From positions 1 to 64,000 of the forward strand of contig JBFLWF010000013.1 of the NCBI GenBank assembly GCA_040758355.1: a stretch of 64,000 nt of DNA. Reading direction: 5' to 3'. Position numbers and translations under genes: made by a program. Origin of the DNA: Nitrospirota bacterium. Its GTDB lineage: Bacteria; Nitrospirota; Thermodesulfovibrionia; Thermodesulfovibrionales; Dissulfurispiraceae. The notes below the pieces were generated by a model. The model ran no database searches. It saw only the letters and a program-made list of their open reading frames with translations, and was not told where the DNA came from. Below are positions 49,914 through 60,578 of the stretch, piece by piece (position 1 is the stretch's first letter; every line of letters begins with the position of its first letter).

Positions 49914-51481
49914 TAGAAAATCCTGTTGGATTCTTCCATAGACTTCAATATAGACTCTTCCATATTCCCGTTTTCAATCATATCAAAAAGCATATTGAAC
50001 CTCTCTATGTGCCCCCTTACCCTGTGCTCTGCATACTCCTGCGCCCTGCCCTTCTGCATTAAAAAAGGCCAGTCGCTTGCATGTGCAAGGAGCATTTCCC
50101 TCATTGCCTGATTAACAGTCCTCTGAATCGGTGAATCGGTGAATCGGTGAATGGGTGAATCGGTGATTCTCTGTTTCAATAATGCCATCCTCTCTGCCAT
50201 TTTATGCAGGTGTCTGTAGAGCCGGTGATTCCTTCCTCCTATCCACATGGAGTTGTATCCTCCCTCTCCCCAGCTTGAGGATGAAATGTGTATGGACTGC
50301 ACGGTTTCGGAATTAACACATTCATTAAAATATCTTTCTGGAGTAACAATATCAAAGGACCTCTTGCCTTCAGATATGCTCCTGAGCACAATATTCAACC
50401 ACTCAATCCCCTCAAACCACCAGTGTCCAAAGAGCTCTGCATCAAATGTCGAGAATATTACAGGACAGAAATCGAATTCCGAAAGGCGTCTGATGTCCGA
50501 TTCCCTGCTTTCAACAAAGTGCTTTGCATGCTCCGACACTCTCTCTATGGCCTTCACCCTGTTGTAGGGCATCTTGTATTCCGTATTGCCGGTAATACTG
50601 TGATATTTTATCCCTGTAAATGTCCTTATACCCAGATGCGTAAATTGCTCTATATAACTCACGGGCAGATCAAAGCCGATGTCACGGTAAAAATCCCTGT
50701 AAGAAAAATCTCCTGGATACCCTTTCGATGCACACCATACCTGCTGTGCGGATTTAAAATCCCTGCTAAAGACCATAAGGCCTGCAGGGGACAGAACAGG
50801 CTTGTAAATGCTGTATACCGGCCTCGGCCTTCCGTGAATGACGCCATGGGACTCGACAAAAAAGTATCGTATGCCTGCATCCTTCAAAAACGAGTCAAGG
50901 CCTTTGAAATATCCGCACTCGGGAAGCCAGAAACCCGAAGGCTGCCTGCCAAAGTTGTGGACATAACTTTTAATTCCAATCTCTATCTGGGCTTTAACTG
51001 CATCTGGATAATGTTCAAACGCAGGCAAAAATGCATGGGTAGCGGCAGATGCAACAATCTCGACATGTCCTTCGTCCTGAAGTCTCCTGAATGCAGAAAC
51101 AATATCCTGCTTATACCTTTCACAATACAATCGTCTTATTCGTTTAAACTCATTGTTATAAAGAAATGCTATTGGCTCAAAGGCCGATTTCTTCGTCCTC
51201 CTCTTCTCTGCTTCTGAAAGCTCTATGAGATTGTCCATATATCTGACAAACCTCTTCCTGAGCAGTTCATCATTCAGCATCTCTATGAGGGGCGGACTTA
51301 TGGATAATGTAAGGTGAGGGCTTATTCCATCATTGACCATTCCTTCGAGGACATCGAGCAACGGAATATATGTTTCCCTTAATGCCTCAAAAAGCCAGTT
51401 TTCTTCAAGGGAATATTCGTATTCCGGATGCCTTACATATGGAAGGTGGGCATGGAGGAGAAGTATGAGATGACCATTCAC
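49862..51481 (-). CDS. GH57 glycoside hydrolase, branching-enzyme type (DUF1957)
   Basis: HAHLPYV, WLPEC, DAELFGHWWFEG, ASDWPF. Confidence 0.88.
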   Translation of the reverse strand: MNGHLILLLHAHLPYVRHPEYEYSLEENWLFEALRETYIPLLDVLEGMVNDGISPHLTLSISPPLIEMLNDELLRKRFVRYMDNLIELSEAEKRRTKKSAFEPIAFLYNNEFKRIRRLYCERYKQDIVSAFRRLQDEGHVEIVASAATHAFLPAFEHYPDAVKAQIEIGIKSYVHNFGRQPSGFWLPECGYFKGLDSFLKDAGIRYFFVESHGVIHGRPRPVYSIYKPVLSPAGLMVFSRDFKSAQQVWCASKGYPGDFSYRDFYRDIGFDLPVSYIEQFTHLGIRTFTGIKYHSITGNTEYKMPYNRVKAIERVSEHAKHFVESRESDIRRLSEFDFCPVIFSTFDAELFGHWWFEGIEWLNIVLRSISEGKRSFDIVTPERYFNECVNSETVQSIHISSSSWGEGGYNSMWIGGRNHRLYRHLHKMAERMALLKQRITDSPIHRFTDSPIQRTVNQAMREMLLAHASDWPFLMQKGRAQEYAEHRVRGHIERFNMLFDMIENGNMEESILKSMEESNRIFYYTLPSDNRLSYGYDFR

Positions 51482-52488
51482 TTTACTATAATTCTGCCGG
51501 AGCCTTTTATAACCCTGCCGATAACAGAGAAGAATATGCCTGATTCCTCAAAGACCTTAATGTTTTCTTCCTTCAGGGTTATCAAGAGACCTCCGGATGT
51601 CTGGGGGTCTGAAAGCAAAAGCCTGTCTTCCTCGGCAATATTAGAAGAAAATTCAACCTTTCCATCGAGAAACCTGAGATTGTTGTATGCGCCCTCCGGA
51701 ACCATGCCTGCATTAATCATTTCACGCACATGTTCTAATACAGGGACGCTGTCAATTTCAATCTCGAAATTAATGCCTGCATCCTTGACCATATTATGGG
51801 CATGCCCCAACAGGCCGAATCCTGTTATATCGGTGCATGCAGTAGCATCTGCCTTTAGAGCCAGTTCCGATGCCATATCATTCAATGTGAGCATCCAGCC
51901 GATTGCAGTTTTCATATCGTCATCCGTTAATTTCCCGCCCTTAAGCGATGTGGTAAGGATGCCTATGCCTATGGGCTTTGTAATAACAATTACATCCCCA
52001 TCCTTTGCACCGGAGACTTTAAGAATTTTGTCTTTATTCACAATGCCTGTTACAGATAAACCGAATTTAAGCTCTGCATCTTCAAAACTGTGGCCACCGA
52101 TAAGGACTGCCCCTGCCCTCTTCAGAGAATGCACAGCACCCCTTAAAATCTCCTTAAAGACAACAGGCTCATAATCGCACGAAGAAAATCCTGCAATGGC
52201 AAGGGCAGAAACAGGCCTGCCTCCCATGGCATAAACATCGCTCAATGAATTGTTGGCGCTTATTGCTCCGAAAGTGAAAGGGTCGTTCACCACGGGAGTT
52301 ATAACATCCACTGTCTCGACTATTGCAGTGCCGTCAATCAGATAGATTCCTGCATCGTCACCTGGTCCTACAAGGACGGATGCACTTTCGCAGGGTTGAA
52401 TATCGCCTATTATTTCTTCCAGGTCCGACGGACCCATCTTTGCTGCTCAGCCAGCAGCCCTCACCTTTTCTGTAAGTTTGTAGTTCAT
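51478..52488 (-). CDS. selD: Selenide, water dikinase SelD, selenocysteine form (UGA at codon 14)
   Basis: In-frame upstream extension MNYKLTEKVRAAG-U-AAKMGP; DDAG, SDVYAMGG, DITGFGLLGH, DPQTSGGLL. Confidence 0.93.
52421..52435 (-). promoter_or_regulatory. Putative bacterial SECIS hairpin
   Basis: GGTCC-GTC-GGACC stem-loop with G-first loop about 17 nt after the UGA at 52449-52447. Confidence 0.65.
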
Positions 52489-52572
52489 GTGCTATTATAC
52501 TTTTTACTTTACCATCCATGCAATCTGTATTATTATTGAATTATAAATGAAAATCATAGGGAGAATCTTTTC

Positions 52573-54231
52573 ATGCCCGAAGAAAAAAAGCCAAAAATCC
52601 TCATAGTCGATGACGACCCCACAGACCTGAAATTTCTGACCACTCTTATAACTTATTTCAGATATGATTTCGAGACCGCCACAAATGGCATAGAAGCCAT
52701 AGAAAAGGCAAAAAAAACAAATCCCGATGTCATACTCCTCGATGTCTTAATGCCCGAGATGAACGGAATCGAGGCGTGCAAGATACTGAAGGAAGACCCG
52801 GAAACCCGACATATTCCAATCATGATACTAACTGCATATGGAGATAAAGAAACAAGGATCGAATGCCTGAATGCAGGTGCTAACGACTTCCTTTCAAAGC
52901 CCGTGGACAATACAGAGCTTATGGCAAGAATCAAAAACTTCTTGCAGCTTAAATATCTTGAAGACATTAAGATAAAAAATGAAATTCTGACAGAAACAAT
53001 TAAAGCCATTGAGAATGCCAAGAGAGAGTGGGAACAAACCCTTGACTGCATAGGTGACATAGTAATGTTAATCGATGCAAAGGATAATATTTTAAGATGC
53101 AACAAAATATTGACCACATTAACCGGTAAGTCTTATGACAACTTGCTGAACCGCAAATGGCAGGACATCCTTCGAGAAGGAGGATTCAGTTACAAGATCA
53201 GCAATTCTGGGGCGGTAGAGTTTTCGCATCCGAGTGGTAGATATTTTAACTACAACATCTACCATATCAGACCGCAGAACATCCCCGCCGGATATACATC
53301 AGTAATAACACTCCAGGATATAACGGATTTAAGACACCTGTCAGAAGAAATCAAAAAAAGCAAAGAAATCATGGAAGAGAAAAACAAAGAACTTGAAACC
53401 GCATATGCCGAACTCAAAGCAGCCCAATCACGGATAATACAGTCCGAAAAGATGGCATCTATCGGCCAGCTCGCAGCAGGCATTGCACACGAGATAAACA
53501 ACCCAGTTGGATTTATAATGAGCAACCTCGGTTCGCTTTTAAAGTATTCCGATAAATTATCGCAATTTATAAAAATCCAATCAGAGGCAATCGAAAAAGT
53601 CTCAACACAAAAAGAGGACATTAACAAAATACTCGATACAATAAAAGAAACCAGGAAATCACTCAAGGTCGATTACATAACAGAGGACATAAACAATCTC
53701 ATCAAGGAGTCCATCGATGGTACTGAAAGGGTCAAAAAGATAGTTCAGGATTTAAAGAGCTTTTCGAGGGTTGATGAGGCTGAATGGAAAATGGCTGACA
53801 TCAATGCAGGAATAGAGAGCACAATAAACATCGTATGGAACGAGCTTAAATATAAGGCAACAGTGAAGAAGGAATACGGAGACATCCCTTTAACAAAATG
53901 CAATCCCGGACAGTTGAATCAGGTATTCATGAACATACTTATCAATGCAGCACATGCAATACAAAAGCAGGGGGAGATTACGGTAAAGACATGGCATGGC
54001 AATGGTAATATCTTCATTTCAATCTCCGATACCGGAATTGGAATATCTAAGGAAAACATAAGCAGGATATTCGAGCCTTTTTTCACAACAAAGGAGGTTG
54101 GAAAAGGAACAGGGCTCGGTTTGAGCATAGCTTATGACATTGCGAGAAGACATAAAGGTGATATAATAGTTGATAGTGAAGCGGGAAAAGGGACAACATT
54201 TACTGTGAAAATCCCTGTTGTAAAAAAATGA
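52573..54231 (+). CDS. Soluble histidine kinase, REC-PAS-HisKA-HATPase
   Basis: ILIVDDD...LLDVLMP, AHEINNP, GKGTGLGL; no TM segment. Confidence 0.92.
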   Translation: MPEEKKPKILIVDDDPTDLKFLTTLITYFRYDFETATNGIEAIEKAKKTNPDVILLDVLMPEMNGIEACKILKEDPETRHIPIMILTAYGDKETRIECLNAGANDFLSKPVDNTELMARIKNFLQLKYLEDIKIKNEILTETIKAIENAKREWEQTLDCIGDIVMLIDAKDNILRCNKILTTLTGKSYDNLLNRKWQDILREGGFSYKISNSGAVEFSHPSGRYFNYNIYHIRPQNIPAGYTSVITLQDITDLRHLSEEIKKSKEIMEEKNKELETAYAELKAAQSRIIQSEKMASIGQLAAGIAHEINNPVGFIMSNLGSLLKYSDKLSQFIKIQSEAIEKVSTQKEDINKILDTIKETRKSLKVDYITEDINNLIKESIDGTERVKKIVQDLKSFSRVDEAEWKMADINAGIESTINIVWNELKYKATVKKEYGDIPLTKCNPGQLNQVFMNILINAAHAIQKQGEITVKTWHGNGNIFISISDTGIGISKENISRIFEPFFTTKEVGKGTGLGLSIAYDIARRHKGDIIVDSEAGKGTTFTVKIPVVKK

Positions 54232-54253
54232 ATTGAAATAAGGAAACAGATCG

Positions 54254-56149
54254 ATGGGCAGAGAACTCAAGAAAGACCATAATACAGACAGATATTCATA
54301 CGAGTTCTACAAAACTGTTCTCAATGGCATAAATGACTCCATCTGTATTATTGATACCGATGATTTAAGCATAGTCTCGGTCAATGACGCATTTTTAAAG
54401 GAGTACGGCTTAACGGAAAAAGATGTAATCGGAAAGAAATGTCATGAAATAACCCATAACAGGCAAACCGTATGTCTTCCGCCATATGATCCATGCCCTC
54501 TCAATGAGACTCTGAGAACAGGAGCGCATGCAGCATTCGAACACATCCATTATACAAAAAGAGGAGAGAGAATATATGTCGAGGTATCGGCACATCCGTT
54601 GAAGGATAACAAAGGGAGGGTTATTCAGGCGATACATGTATCAAGAAACATAACGCATCTCAAGGAAACAGAAAACTCCCTTCGCAAAAAACAGGATGAA
54701 CTCCTTAAAAAAACCGAGGAATTGACCGGTGTTTTAAAAAATGTGGAAACAATAAAAAAAGAGTGGGAAACCACCATGGATTGCATAGAGGATATGGTTA
54801 TGATTGTCGACAAAGACGATAAAATCCAGAGATGCAATATGGCGGTAAGGAAATTTACCGCGAAGACCTATGATGAAATACTCGGCAAAAACTGGAAAAC
54901 ATTGCTTATGGAGCATGGCATAAAATTCGGCGATGAGAATATTTATCATTATGTAAAAAGGGATATAGAGTTTGTTGATGAGACAAAAGGAGGCTGGTTT
55001 TCGATTAACTCCTATCCGTATAAGATATTGTCGGGAGAAAAGGAAGGCTCCGTTATAACCGTGCATGATACAACCGAGATAAAAACCCTTATGGAGTCCC
55101 TCAAGATAACGAACGAAGTCCTCGAAAAAGATCGAAAGGAGTTGCAGCTTGCGCTCGATGAGATATCCTTTCTTATGCAGGAAGTCAGAAAGAGAAAAGA
55201 TATCAGTGTAAGATTCAATACATCGGATTTTTCCGGATCGGATGTCATATTCGGAATCGCCGGGCACTTTAATGAAATGATGGCTATTCTCGAATCCCAG
55301 CACAAAGAACTCGAAAATGCATATTCCGAATTAAAGTCTGCCCAATCACAGCTATTGCAGTCCGAAAAGATGGCATCTATCGGCCAGCTTGCAGCAGGTG
55401 TTGCGCATGAGATCAACAATCCCGTTGGATTCATAATGAGCAATCTTGGTTCTTTGCAAAGATATATTGGAAGGCTCTCTGAATTTATAAAGGCGCAGAC
55501 AGAGGCAATTGGGCAGTTAGGGGTTACGGGTTCGGAGTTTGAAGAGATACAGAAAAAGGTGAATGAATTTAAAAAATCACTGAAGATCGATTACATAATG
55601 GATGATTTAAACAACCTCATCAAGGAGTCTCTCGATGGTGCAGAGAGGGTCAAAAAGATAGTTCAGGACTTAAAGAGCTTTTCAAGGGTTGATGAGGCTG
55701 AATGGAAGATGGCTGACATCAATTCATGCATAGAAAGCACGATAAATATAGTATGGAATGAGCTCAAGTACAAGGCAACAATAAAAAAGGAATATGGAAA
55801 CATACCTTTAACAAAATGCAATCCCGGACAATTGAATCAGGTATTTATGAACATGCTGGTAAATGCAGCATACGCAATAGAGAAACAGGGAGAGATTACA
55901 ATAAAAACATGGCTTGAAAATGGGTATATTTATGTTTCTATTTCGGACACGGGCTGTGGAATCCCCGCAGATAAAATCAATAGGATATTCGAGCCATTTT
56001 TCACAACAAAGGAGGTAGGAAAAGGAACAGGGCTCGGTTTAAGCATAGCATATGATATTATGAAGAAACATAATGGAGAAATAAATGTAGAGAGCGAAGC
56101 GGGAAAAGGCACGACATTTACTGTGAAAATCCCTGTCGTGGAGAGATAG
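54254..56149 (+). CDS. Soluble histidine kinase, PAS-PAS-HisKA-HATPase
   Basis: GKKCHE..CPL PAS, AHEINNP, GKGTGLGL. Confidence 0.92.
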   Translation: MGRELKKDHNTDRYSYEFYKTVLNGINDSICIIDTDDLSIVSVNDAFLKEYGLTEKDVIGKKCHEITHNRQTVCLPPYDPCPLNETLRTGAHAAFEHIHYTKRGERIYVEVSAHPLKDNKGRVIQAIHVSRNITHLKETENSLRKKQDELLKKTEELTGVLKNVETIKKEWETTMDCIEDMVMIVDKDDKIQRCNMAVRKFTAKTYDEILGKNWKTLLMEHGIKFGDENIYHYVKRDIEFVDETKGGWFSINSYPYKILSGEKEGSVITVHDTTEIKTLMESLKITNEVLEKDRKELQLALDEISFLMQEVRKRKDISVRFNTSDFSGSDVIFGIAGHFNEMMAILESQHKELENAYSELKSAQSQLLQSEKMASIGQLAAGVAHEINNPVGFIMSNLGSLQRYIGRLSEFIKAQTEAIGQLGVTGSEFEEIQKKVNEFKKSLKIDYIMDDLNNLIKESLDGAERVKKIVQDLKSFSRVDEAEWKMADINSCIESTINIVWNELKYKATIKKEYGNIPLTKCNPGQLNQVFMNMLVNAAYAIEKQGEITIKTWLENGYIYVSISDTGCGIPADKINRIFEPFFTTKEVGKGTGLGLSIAYDIMKKHNGEINVESEAGKGTTFTVKIPVVER

Positions 56150-56160
56150 CTCTCAGCCTT

Positions 56161-56247
56161 TGTCATTCCTGCGGAAGCAGGAATCCAGAGGCATAGATTC
56201 CCGTTCCCCGATTAAGAACTTCGGGGACAGGTTTCACGGGAATGACA
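56161..56247. repeat. REP-like palindromic doublet with nested hairpin
   Basis: TGTCATTCC...GGAATCCAG / GATTCCCG...CGGGAATGACA with inner TCCCCGA-ttaagaact-TCGGGGA. Confidence 0.8.
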
Positions 56248-56263
56248 GGAATTAGGAGTAATT

Positions 56264-57067
56264 ATGAATGGAGAGATAAAAATACTGTGCGTGGACGACG
56301 AGCCGAATGTCCTCAATGCATTGAAAAGGTTATTCCTCGACGAACCGTATACTATTTTAACTGCTGCTTCAGGACAGGAAGGTCTCGAAATTATCGAAAA
56401 GGAAGATGTCCAGATAATCATATCCGATTATCGCATGCCCGGTATGAACGGGGTGGATTTTCTAAAAGAGGCACGGAAAAAATGGCCTGATACCGTCAGG
56501 ATCGTACTTTCCGGTTATGCCGACACCGCAGCCATTGTCTCGGCCATAAATGAAGGACAGATATATAAATTCGTTCCCAAACCGTGGAATGATGACGAAT
56601 TAAAGGTTACCATTTCAAATGCCGTTGAGCGGTATTATCTTTTTTTAAAAAATATGGAACTCACAGAAGAGCTCCGGAGGAAAAACAACGAACTCACAAA
56701 GCTGAATAAAGAGTTGAAATCCCATCTTGCATTCAGGGCAAGGGCATTGGCTATCCAGCAGAACATCCTCGATGCAATGCCTGTGGGAATTGTAGGGATT
56801 GACTTTAACAATTTAGTGGTTTTATGCAATTCAACATGGATAGATATAACAAATACCAGATGGCAATTATTAGGACAAAGCATAGAATCCGCCGGCTGGC
56901 CTGAATGTATAAAAGACTTTGTGGGGGAGGTCAAAGACAGGCACAAGGCCGCGAAAAAAATAGAGATAAACGGTATTTACGGCAGGCTTTCGGGTGCTAT
57001 AATGGATTATGGCGACGACCAGAAGGGCATAATCCTTGTCTTCAGCCAGGAGAATGATGTTTTATGA
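56264..57067 (+). CDS. Response regulator, REC plus coiled coil plus PAS-like domain
   Basis: CVDDEPNVL, SDYRMP, KPWND. Confidence 0.88.
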   Translation: MNGEIKILCVDDEPNVLNALKRLFLDEPYTILTAASGQEGLEIIEKEDVQIIISDYRMPGMNGVDFLKEARKKWPDTVRIVLSGYADTAAIVSAINEGQIYKFVPKPWNDDELKVTISNAVERYYLFLKNMELTEELRRKNNELTKLNKELKSHLAFRARALAIQQNILDAMPVGIVGIDFNNLVVLCNSTWIDITNTRWQLLGQSIESAGWPECIKDFVGEVKDRHKAAKKIEINGIYGRLSGAIMDYGDDQKGIILVFSQENDVL

Positions 57068-58020
57068 ATGATTCGGTTTTGTTTGTGGATGACGAAGCCA
57101 ATGTGCTGAACTCCTTGAAGAGGCTTTTCATGGACAGCGACATCAGAATCATGACTGCCATGAATGCATTTGAGGCCATGGACATATTAAATAACAACAG
57201 CATCTCTGTTATTGTCTCTGACAACCGCATGCCCGGAATGACAGGAATCGAACTCCTGCAAAATGCAAAAGATATATCTCCAGACAGCGTAAGAATCCTG
57301 ATAACCGCCTATGCGGATATGAAATCTGCAATAGATGCCATCAACAAAGGAGAGGTGTACAAGTTCATAACAAAACCATGGAATGACCACGACTTCAAGG
57401 AGATTGTTTTTAATGCGCTCCACAGATACGATTTCATCAAATCTTGCAGAAGGGCTGACGAGGCCACCCTGCTCTCTTTAGCCCAGACTATCGAGCTGAA
57501 AGACCCTTATACGAGAGGTCACTGCGACAGGGTGGCAAATTATGCAGTCAGGCTAGCAGAGGCTTTAGGCTTATCAGGAGAGAAGCAAAAAAACATCAGA
57601 TACGGAAGCTGGCTTCATGATTGTGGCAAAATAGGGGTTCCTGAGGCCATACTCAACAACAACGGTCCTCTATCTCCAGAGCAAATGGAGATAGTAAAGA
57701 ATCACAGCAGATGGGGAGCAGATGTTGCGCGGCTGGCTCAACTGCCAGAGGCTGTCATAAACATCATCCTCTACCACCACGAGAGATATGACGGCAAAGG
57801 TTATCCTCTGGGATTGAAGGGCAGCAACATTCCAATCGAGGCAAGAATAGTTACTGTTGCGGATACCTATGATGCCCTGACATCGGATAGGCCATACAGG
57901 GACAAAGTGGCGCACGGAACTGCAGTAGAATTTTTAACAAAATTTAAGGGCCAATTCTTTGACCCTGAGGTCGTGGATGCCTTTTTAAAGCTCATGGAAG
58001 AAAAACGTTTTGAGGCTTAA
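57064..58020 (+). CDS. REC-HD-GYP cyclic dinucleotide phosphodiesterase
   Basis: GHCDRVA, LHDCGK, HHERYDGKGYP. Confidence 0.92.
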   Translation: MNDSVLFVDDEANVLNSLKRLFMDSDIRIMTAMNAFEAMDILNNNSISVIVSDNRMPGMTGIELLQNAKDISPDSVRILITAYADMKSAIDAINKGEVYKFITKPWNDHDFKEIVFNALHRYDFIKSCRRADEATLLSLAQTIELKDPYTRGHCDRVANYAVRLAEALGLSGEKQKNIRYGSWLHDCGKIGVPEAILNNNGPLSPEQMEIVKNHSRWGADVARLAQLPEAVINIILYHHERYDGKGYPLGLKGSNIPIEARIVTVADTYDALTSDRPYRDKVAHGTAVEFLTKFKGQFFDPEVVDAFLKLMEEKRFEA

Positions 58021-58041
58021 TAGAATATTAAGGGGGTAGAA

Positions 58042-58575
58042 ATGGACGAAAAGGTCAAGATACTATTTGTGGACGACGAGGAGAATGTGCTCACTGCGCT
58101 GAAAAGGGTCTTTCTCGATACAGATTATGTAATACTTGCAGCGCCATCAGGGAAGGAAGCACTGAAGATTCTGGAGACAAACGATGTTCAGGTCATTGTC
58201 TCGGATTACCGAATGCCTGAAATGAACGGAGTCGAATTTTTAAAAATTGTAAGGGAGCAATGGAACGATATAATAAGAATAATTCTTTCGGGTTATGCAG
58301 ACCTGAATGCATTGATTACAGCCGTAAACGAGGGCCATATCTACAAATTCATAGCCAAGCCATGGAATGACGACGAATTGAGAATTACCATATCCAATGC
58401 CCTCGACAGATACTTTCTCCATAAGAAAAACCTCGAACTGACATCCGAACTCGAGGAAAAAAACAGGCAGCTCGTGATGTTAAACGCCAAATTAAAGGAA
58501 TTCATGGAGCAGCAGGAGGCTCAACTCGATTTTTTACGCAAAGAACTGGAAAAGGCCCAGAAAAACAATATTTAA
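58042..58575 (+). CDS. Response regulator, REC plus coiled coil
   Basis: FVDDEENVL, SDYRMP, KPWND. Confidence 0.9.
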   Translation: MDEKVKILFVDDEENVLTALKRVFLDTDYVILAAPSGKEALKILETNDVQVIVSDYRMPEMNGVEFLKIVREQWNDIIRIILSGYADLNALITAVNEGHIYKFIAKPWNDDELRITISNALDRYFLHKKNLELTSELEEKNRQLVMLNAKLKEFMEQQEAQLDFLRKELEKAQKNNI

Positions 58576-58588
58576 AGGCAATATTTAA

Positions 58589-59911
58589 ATGGCAACGGTT
58601 CAAAAAAATGAAATATTCAATGTCCTCTTTGTAGACGATGAGGAAAATATCCTCCGCTCAATGAAGCGGCTGTTTATGGGTGTGAAAGGCATAAACATCC
58701 TCACAGCCATGTCAGGCAAGGAGGGCCTCGGAATTTTGAAAAACAACGAGGTTGCCGTCATAGTCTCCGACCAGAAGATGCCTGAAATGAGCGGCCCGGA
58801 ATTCCTCGAAAAGGCAAAAAAGATGCAGCCCGAATCAGTGAGGATTGTACTGACAGGCTATGCCGATATCGATGCTGCAATGGATGCAATAAATAAGGGA
58901 GGCGCATCGAAGTATATAACAAAGCCATGGGACGACAACGACTTGATGCTGACCGTACTGAATTCGGTAGAAACATACAGCCTGAAAAAGGAAAATAAGC
59001 GCCTTACAGAACTCACAAGGAAACAGAACGAAGAATTGAAAAAATGGAGCTCCGAGCTCGAATTTTACGTCCAGCAGCAGACAGTAGACCTGACGAAACA
59101 GAACAAAGAACTGAACAAGCTCAACGAAAAGTTGAGAAAAAATTTCAGGGATTTCATCTCTGCATTTTATAATCTTATTGAGCTGCGCAATAAGATCATC
59201 TATATCCACTCGAATAATGTCGCAACCCTTGTCTCTGAAATGATTCATAAGATGAGGCTGTCTCATGCGGAATCGGAAAACGCGGTCGTGGCTGCACAAC
59301 TGCATGACATCGGCAAGATTGGTGTTTCCGATGCCATGCTGATAAAAAACTTTAACGAATTCTCCGCAGAAGAAAAAGCGGAATATATAAAGCACCCTGT
59401 AATAGGGCAGACCGTCATTGATTCCGTTGAGGAACTTCGGGATGTCGGCATCCTCATCAGACACCACCACGAATGGTATAACGGAGACGGATTCCCTGAC
59501 AGGCTAAGGTATGAAAAGATACCTCTTGGCTCACGGGTCATTGCCATTGCCGATAAATTCGACAGATTGACAAATACCGGCAGGGACTCTCTGAATACTG
59601 AAAGCGCATTGCAAAAAATAAAGACCCTTCTCGGCACCCAATTTGATCCGGACCTGTACCCATTCCTGTGCGAGGTGGCGCATGAAAGGATTACAACCGC
59701 AATTCCTGAAACAGAGGATGTAGAGGTCGAAATGAAACCAAATGACCTTGTTCCGGGCATTGTTTTATCAAGGGATGTCAGGAGCGGCACAGGACTGCTG
59801 CTCTTAAAAAAAGGGACGACCCTTAATGATAAAAACATAGATACCTTAAAACGGGGATACCATCTCGATCCATCAAAGAGCGGAATATTTGTATGGGGGA
59901 GAAGAAAATAA
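58589..59911 (+). CDS. REC-HD-GYP-like protein (GFP variant) with extra C-terminal domain
   Basis: LHDIGK, HHEWYNGDGFP, C-terminal LVPGIVLSRDV...LLLKKG. Confidence 0.88.
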   Translation: MATVQKNEIFNVLFVDDEENILRSMKRLFMGVKGINILTAMSGKEGLGILKNNEVAVIVSDQKMPEMSGPEFLEKAKKMQPESVRIVLTGYADIDAAMDAINKGGASKYITKPWDDNDLMLTVLNSVETYSLKKENKRLTELTRKQNEELKKWSSELEFYVQQQTVDLTKQNKELNKLNEKLRKNFRDFISAFYNLIELRNKIIYIHSNNVATLVSEMIHKMRLSHAESENAVVAAQLHDIGKIGVSDAMLIKNFNEFSAEEKAEYIKHPVIGQTVIDSVEELRDVGILIRHHHEWYNGDGFPDRLRYEKIPLGSRVIAIADKFDRLTNTGRDSLNTESALQKIKTLLGTQFDPDLYPFLCEVAHERITTAIPETEDVEVEMKPNDLVPGIVLSRDVRSGTGLLLLKKGTTLNDKNIDTLKRGYHLDPSKSGIFVWGRRK

Positions 59912-59912
59912 C

Positions 59913-60578
59913 ATGATTGAATACGATGAAATAGAGCAAAGGATGGTTTTAAAGCTCGTATATTACGGTCCTGCCATGTCAGGAAAAAGCACCAATCTCT
60001 TAAGGCTTCACGACATCCTCGATATCGAGGGCAGAGGCGATTTGATGACCCTCGACACAAAGGATGACCGAACCATATTCTTCGACCTGCTTCCGTTTTT
60101 CTTTACCGCACCGAGCGGATTGAAGATAAAGGTCAAGGTTTACACAGTACCGGGGCAGGTCCGCCATGATGCAACCAGAAAAGCAGTATTGACGAGGGCT
60201 GACGGCATAGCATTTATTGCGGATTCGCAGATCTCGGAATCTGCGAATAATGTCGAAAGCTTCGAAAACCTCGAAAAGAACCTCGCCCTTGTGGGAATCA
60301 ATGTAGAGAAGATACCCCTCGTTATACAATTTAATAAAAGGGATTTGAAGGATATTGTTTCGGAAGATGAAATTAAAAGAACATGGGAATCAACGGGCAT
60401 ACCTGTTTTTGTGGCATCCGCATTATACGGGCATGGTGTGCTCGAAACATTCAGAAGGCTTGTGGAGCTAACATATGATTACATCGATATCCGCTACGGT
60501 CTGAAGGAAAAACATATGCTGACAAAAGAGATGTTTGTGGAAAATCTTACAAAGACAGTAGATAGTGAAATAGCATGA
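59913..60578 (+). CDS. MglA-family small Ras-like GTPase
   Basis: KLVYYGPAMSGKSTNL, DRTIFFD, TVPGQ, NKRD, ASA. Confidence 0.9.
   Translation: MIEYDEIEQRMVLKLVYYGPAMSGKSTNLLRLHDILDIEGRGDLMTLDTKDDRTIFFDLLPFFFTAPSGLKIKVKVYTVPGQVRHDATRKAVLTRADGIAFIADSQISESANNVESFENLEKNLALVGINVEKIPLVIQFNKRDLKDIVSEDEIKRTWESTGIPVFVASALYGHGVLETFRRLVELTYDYIDIRYGLKEKHMLTKEMFVENLTKTVDSEIA

Noticed and set aside
50288..51217. Long antisense or overlapping ORFs (also 59263-60060, 46852-48042, 51428-52174, 38241-38840)
   Set aside because: Shadows of well-supported genes on the opposite strand with no recognisable motifs.
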